This document shows, piece after piece, positions 62,139-64,000 of a stretch of DNA of 64,000 bases. Position 1 is the first letter of the stretch, and the number at the start of each line of letters is the position of its first letter. The position numbers and the translations under genes were made by a program. The notes beneath the pieces are model-generated. The model had not been told where the DNA came from. It worked only from the letters and a program-made list of their open reading frames with translations, and did no database searches. Origin of the DNA: an uncultured Dehalococcoidia bacterium (GTDB lineage: Bacteria > Chloroflexota > Dehalococcoidia > Lucifugimonadales > UBA3495). The stretch is taken from contig OY282565.1 in assembly GCA_958296445.1 (NCBI GenBank), positions 1,565,570 to 1,629,569 of the forward strand. Reading direction: 5' to 3'.

Positions 62139-63134
62139 TTACGCGGCTGCTGCTAGGGCGCCTACGGCTATGGAGGGTAGGCTTAGGGGTAGTTGCTGCC
62201 AGGTTTGGCCTTGGTCTTGGCTTTGGTAGAGCTGGCCGCCGTCGGTGCCGGCGTAGACTTCGTTGGGGTTGTTGGGGCGCCACTGGAAGGCCACTACCAT
62301 ATCCTCGGGGTCGTCGCCGCTGCCTAGGTCGGCTACCAGTTGCCAGGTTTGGCCGCCGTCGGTGGAGCGGTAGAACTGGGGGGATTTGCGGCGGGCGTTT
62401 TCGGATACTGTGACCAGGACTAGGTCGGCGTCGTCGGGGGCGGCGGCTATGTGGAGGGTGTAGCGGCGTTGCAGGCCGCCGTTTATCGGCGCCCACTGGT
62501 CGCCGCCGTTGTCGCTGCGGTAGGGGGCGCTGGCGGTGGCGGCGTAGACCCGCTGCGGGCGGTCGCTGCCGAGGTGGAGGCAGTGGATGTCGTCGTCTAG
62601 GCCGGGCAGTTGTTGCCAGCTATGGCCGCCGTCTTGGGAGCGGACTACGCCGCCGACTTCGATTCCGGCGTAGAGCAGGTTGGCGTCGGCGGGGGATGCC
62701 CGCAGGTCGCGGACGTGGGAGTCGCGGGTTGGGGCGTGGAAACCCCACTGGGCGGCTTCGGGGACGGCGCGGAACTCGGGGCGTTCCTGCCAGCTATCGC
62801 CGCCGTCTTTGGACTGGAAAATGGCGGCCGGTTCGCTGCCGGCGTAGACCGTTTCGGGTTCTAGGGGGTGGGCCAGCACGCTGTGGGCGTAGTCGCTGGG
62901 GTATGAGTCGGCGCGGTTCCAAGTGGCCCCGGCGTCGTCGGTGCGGTAGACGCCGGCCTCGTAGGCGGCCAGCCAGGCGCGTTCCGGGTTCAGCGGGCTG
63001 ACGGTCAGCCGGGCGGCGGCGTGGGGCAGCGGCGTAACCGGCCCCTGTTGCCAGGTTTTCCCGTCATCCTCGCTGCTGACGGCGCATACCCCGTCGTGCA
63101 TTCCCACGTAGATCAGGCGCTTCGCTTGCGTCAT
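62139..63134 (-). CDS. BNR/Asp-box repeat beta-propeller protein (Ycf48/sialidase-like fold)
   Basis: Seven Asp-box-like motifs: 'SEDDGKTW', 'TDDAGATW', 'SKDGGDSW', 'SQDGGHSW', 'SDNGGDQW', 'STDGGQTW' and 'SQDQGQTW'. Confidence 0.65.
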   Translation of the reverse strand: MTQAKRLIYVGMHDGVCAVSSEDDGKTWQQGPVTPLPHAAARLTVSPLNPERAWLAAYEAGVYRTDDAGATWNRADSYPSDYAHSVLAHPLEPETVYAGSEPAAIFQSKDGGDSWQERPEFRAVPEAAQWGFHAPTRDSHVRDLRASPADANLLYAGIEVGGVVRSQDGGHSWQQLPGLDDDIHCLHLGSDRPQRVYAATASAPYRSDNGGDQWAPINGGLQRRYTLHIAAAPDDADLVLVTVSENARRKSPQFYRSTDGGQTWQLVADLGSGDDPEDMVVAFQWRPNNPNEVYAGTDGGQLYQSQDQGQTWQQLPLSLPSIAVGALAAAA

Positions 63135-63220
63135 TTTTCCGTCCTCTCTTAGGTCAAGGATGGTTGGAGCTTGGGGCGATTATATGCCATATTGGGCCGG
63201 GGGGTTTGATTCTTGGGGGG

Positions 63221-63357
63221 ATTGTCTGAATCGGGAATTTCGGGATTAGGGGATTCGATGGATGGGGATTTGTCTGAATCAGGATTTTCAGGATTAAAGG
63301 ATTCACCGGATGGGGAAATCCTGAAAATCCTCGAATCCTGAAAATCCTGATTCAGAC
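63221..63357. repeat. Family-3 palindromic element (about 1.5 copies)
   Basis: A partial 'gattgtctgaatcgggaatttcggg...' is followed by a full 'tttgtctgaatcaggattttcagg...cctgaaaatcctgattcagac'. Confidence 0.8.
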
Positions 63358-63543
63358 GAAAAATGAGGTGGTTGCGAAATTCCTGGGTGGCGGAGGGCGA
63401 GGGCGCACGGCTGTGCGCCCTCTACGTATGCTATAATGCGACGTCCAGCAGTGGCCTGCGGCGGGGTGCGGTGCGCCGGGGGGTTGGATTTTGGTTCTAG
63501 AGCGGGGTGGCGGGATTGAGGGTCGCAAGGTTGTTCGCATAAT

Positions 63544-64000
63544 AATGGTTGAAAGGGGAAAAGTTGGCTTGGCCGCGGGGAATAATCTCTTGGCTGCTTT
63601 GGCCATGCGGTACAAGAACATTTGTGCGGGGGGGTAATTTATTTTTCTTGGCTACGCAACGCTCTGTTTGTGCTGTTGATTGGCGGCGTCTTGGCCTACG
63701 GGGCCGGGTTCGCCTGGTATATGCTGGCAAAATTTGAGCTGGTCAACCTCATCCGGGACGTAAACAAAGACGACACCTTCTATTACTTTCAGATAGCTTA
63801 TAACTTGGCCTCGGGGAACTTCTCCACCTTTGACGGGGGGATTACCCGCACCAACGGCTATCATCCTCTCTGGATGTTTCTCATTACGCCGTTTTACTGG
63901 ATGTTGGACAAGGAAGCGGCGTTGTTCGGCATCAAGGCGTTTGAGATTATGCTCATCGCGGGCGGGGCCGCTTTGGTTGTGTTGGCCGCCCGGCTGGCGC
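63544..64000 (+). CDS. Integral membrane protein, 3' end outside the window (possibly a glycosyltransferase-39/ArnT-like protein)
   Basis: Not in the supplied ORF track because it has no stop in the window. My translation from ATG 63544 in frame 1 runs open to 64000: '...ALFVLLIGGVLAYGAGFAWYML...YYFQIAYNLASGNFSTFDGGITRTNGYHPLWMFLITPFYWML...'. An in-frame stop lies at 63517. Confidence 0.45.

Overview
GC-rich bacterial chromosomal window. Gene content (DapL-type lysine pathway, archaeal-type ApgM, many Uma2/DUF820 genes, several intergenic palindromic repeat families) suggests a Chloroflexota-like organism, but that is inference only. I support about 60 CDS, 4 tRNAs, one intact IS6-family element, several tandem and dispersed repeat families and a few promoter/terminator candidates.

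The backbone is housekeeping and metabolism:
- three TPP-dependent enzyme paralogs, formamidase, PrpD-like protein, LLM oxidoreductase and SDRs
- hflX, dapL, dapF, miaA
- the pgk-apgM-tpiA block
- tsaC, a thiolase/DUF35 pair, rnd, an M20 peptidase and UDG

Accessory modules are wedged into this backbone, several visibly lower in GC by eye:
1. A perfectly phased array of seven intact, mosaic Uma2-family (PD-(D/E)xK fold) genes sits between dapF and dapL. The first copy is start/stop-coupled to dapF. I consider this the most unusual feature of the window.
2. A minus-strand cluster encodes a 1223-aa CHAT-like/P-loop STAND/TPR protein, a DUF4258-like protein, double-DUF2283 proteins and a DNA methyltransferase-HNH fusion.
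3. A paralogous methyltransferase-Mrr-like fusion is preceded by PaREP1/HEPN-like proteins and two small low-GC ORFs, all appended to tpiA.
4. A McrBC pair has a non-canonical McrB N-terminus and is preceded by a third PaREP1-like gene.
5. An XRE-like HTH/ImmA pair lies upstream of a long-form ThyX-like gene.
6. An IS6-family element with an 8-bp target duplication carries a passenger ORF.

The window also shows tandem amplification of gene junctions. An 83-bp unit across the sigma/anti-sigma overlap creates a relay of ATGA-coupled mini-ORFs. The dapF 5' end is duplicated several times upstream of the real gene.

All family assignments come from motif recognition by eye. No searches were run.
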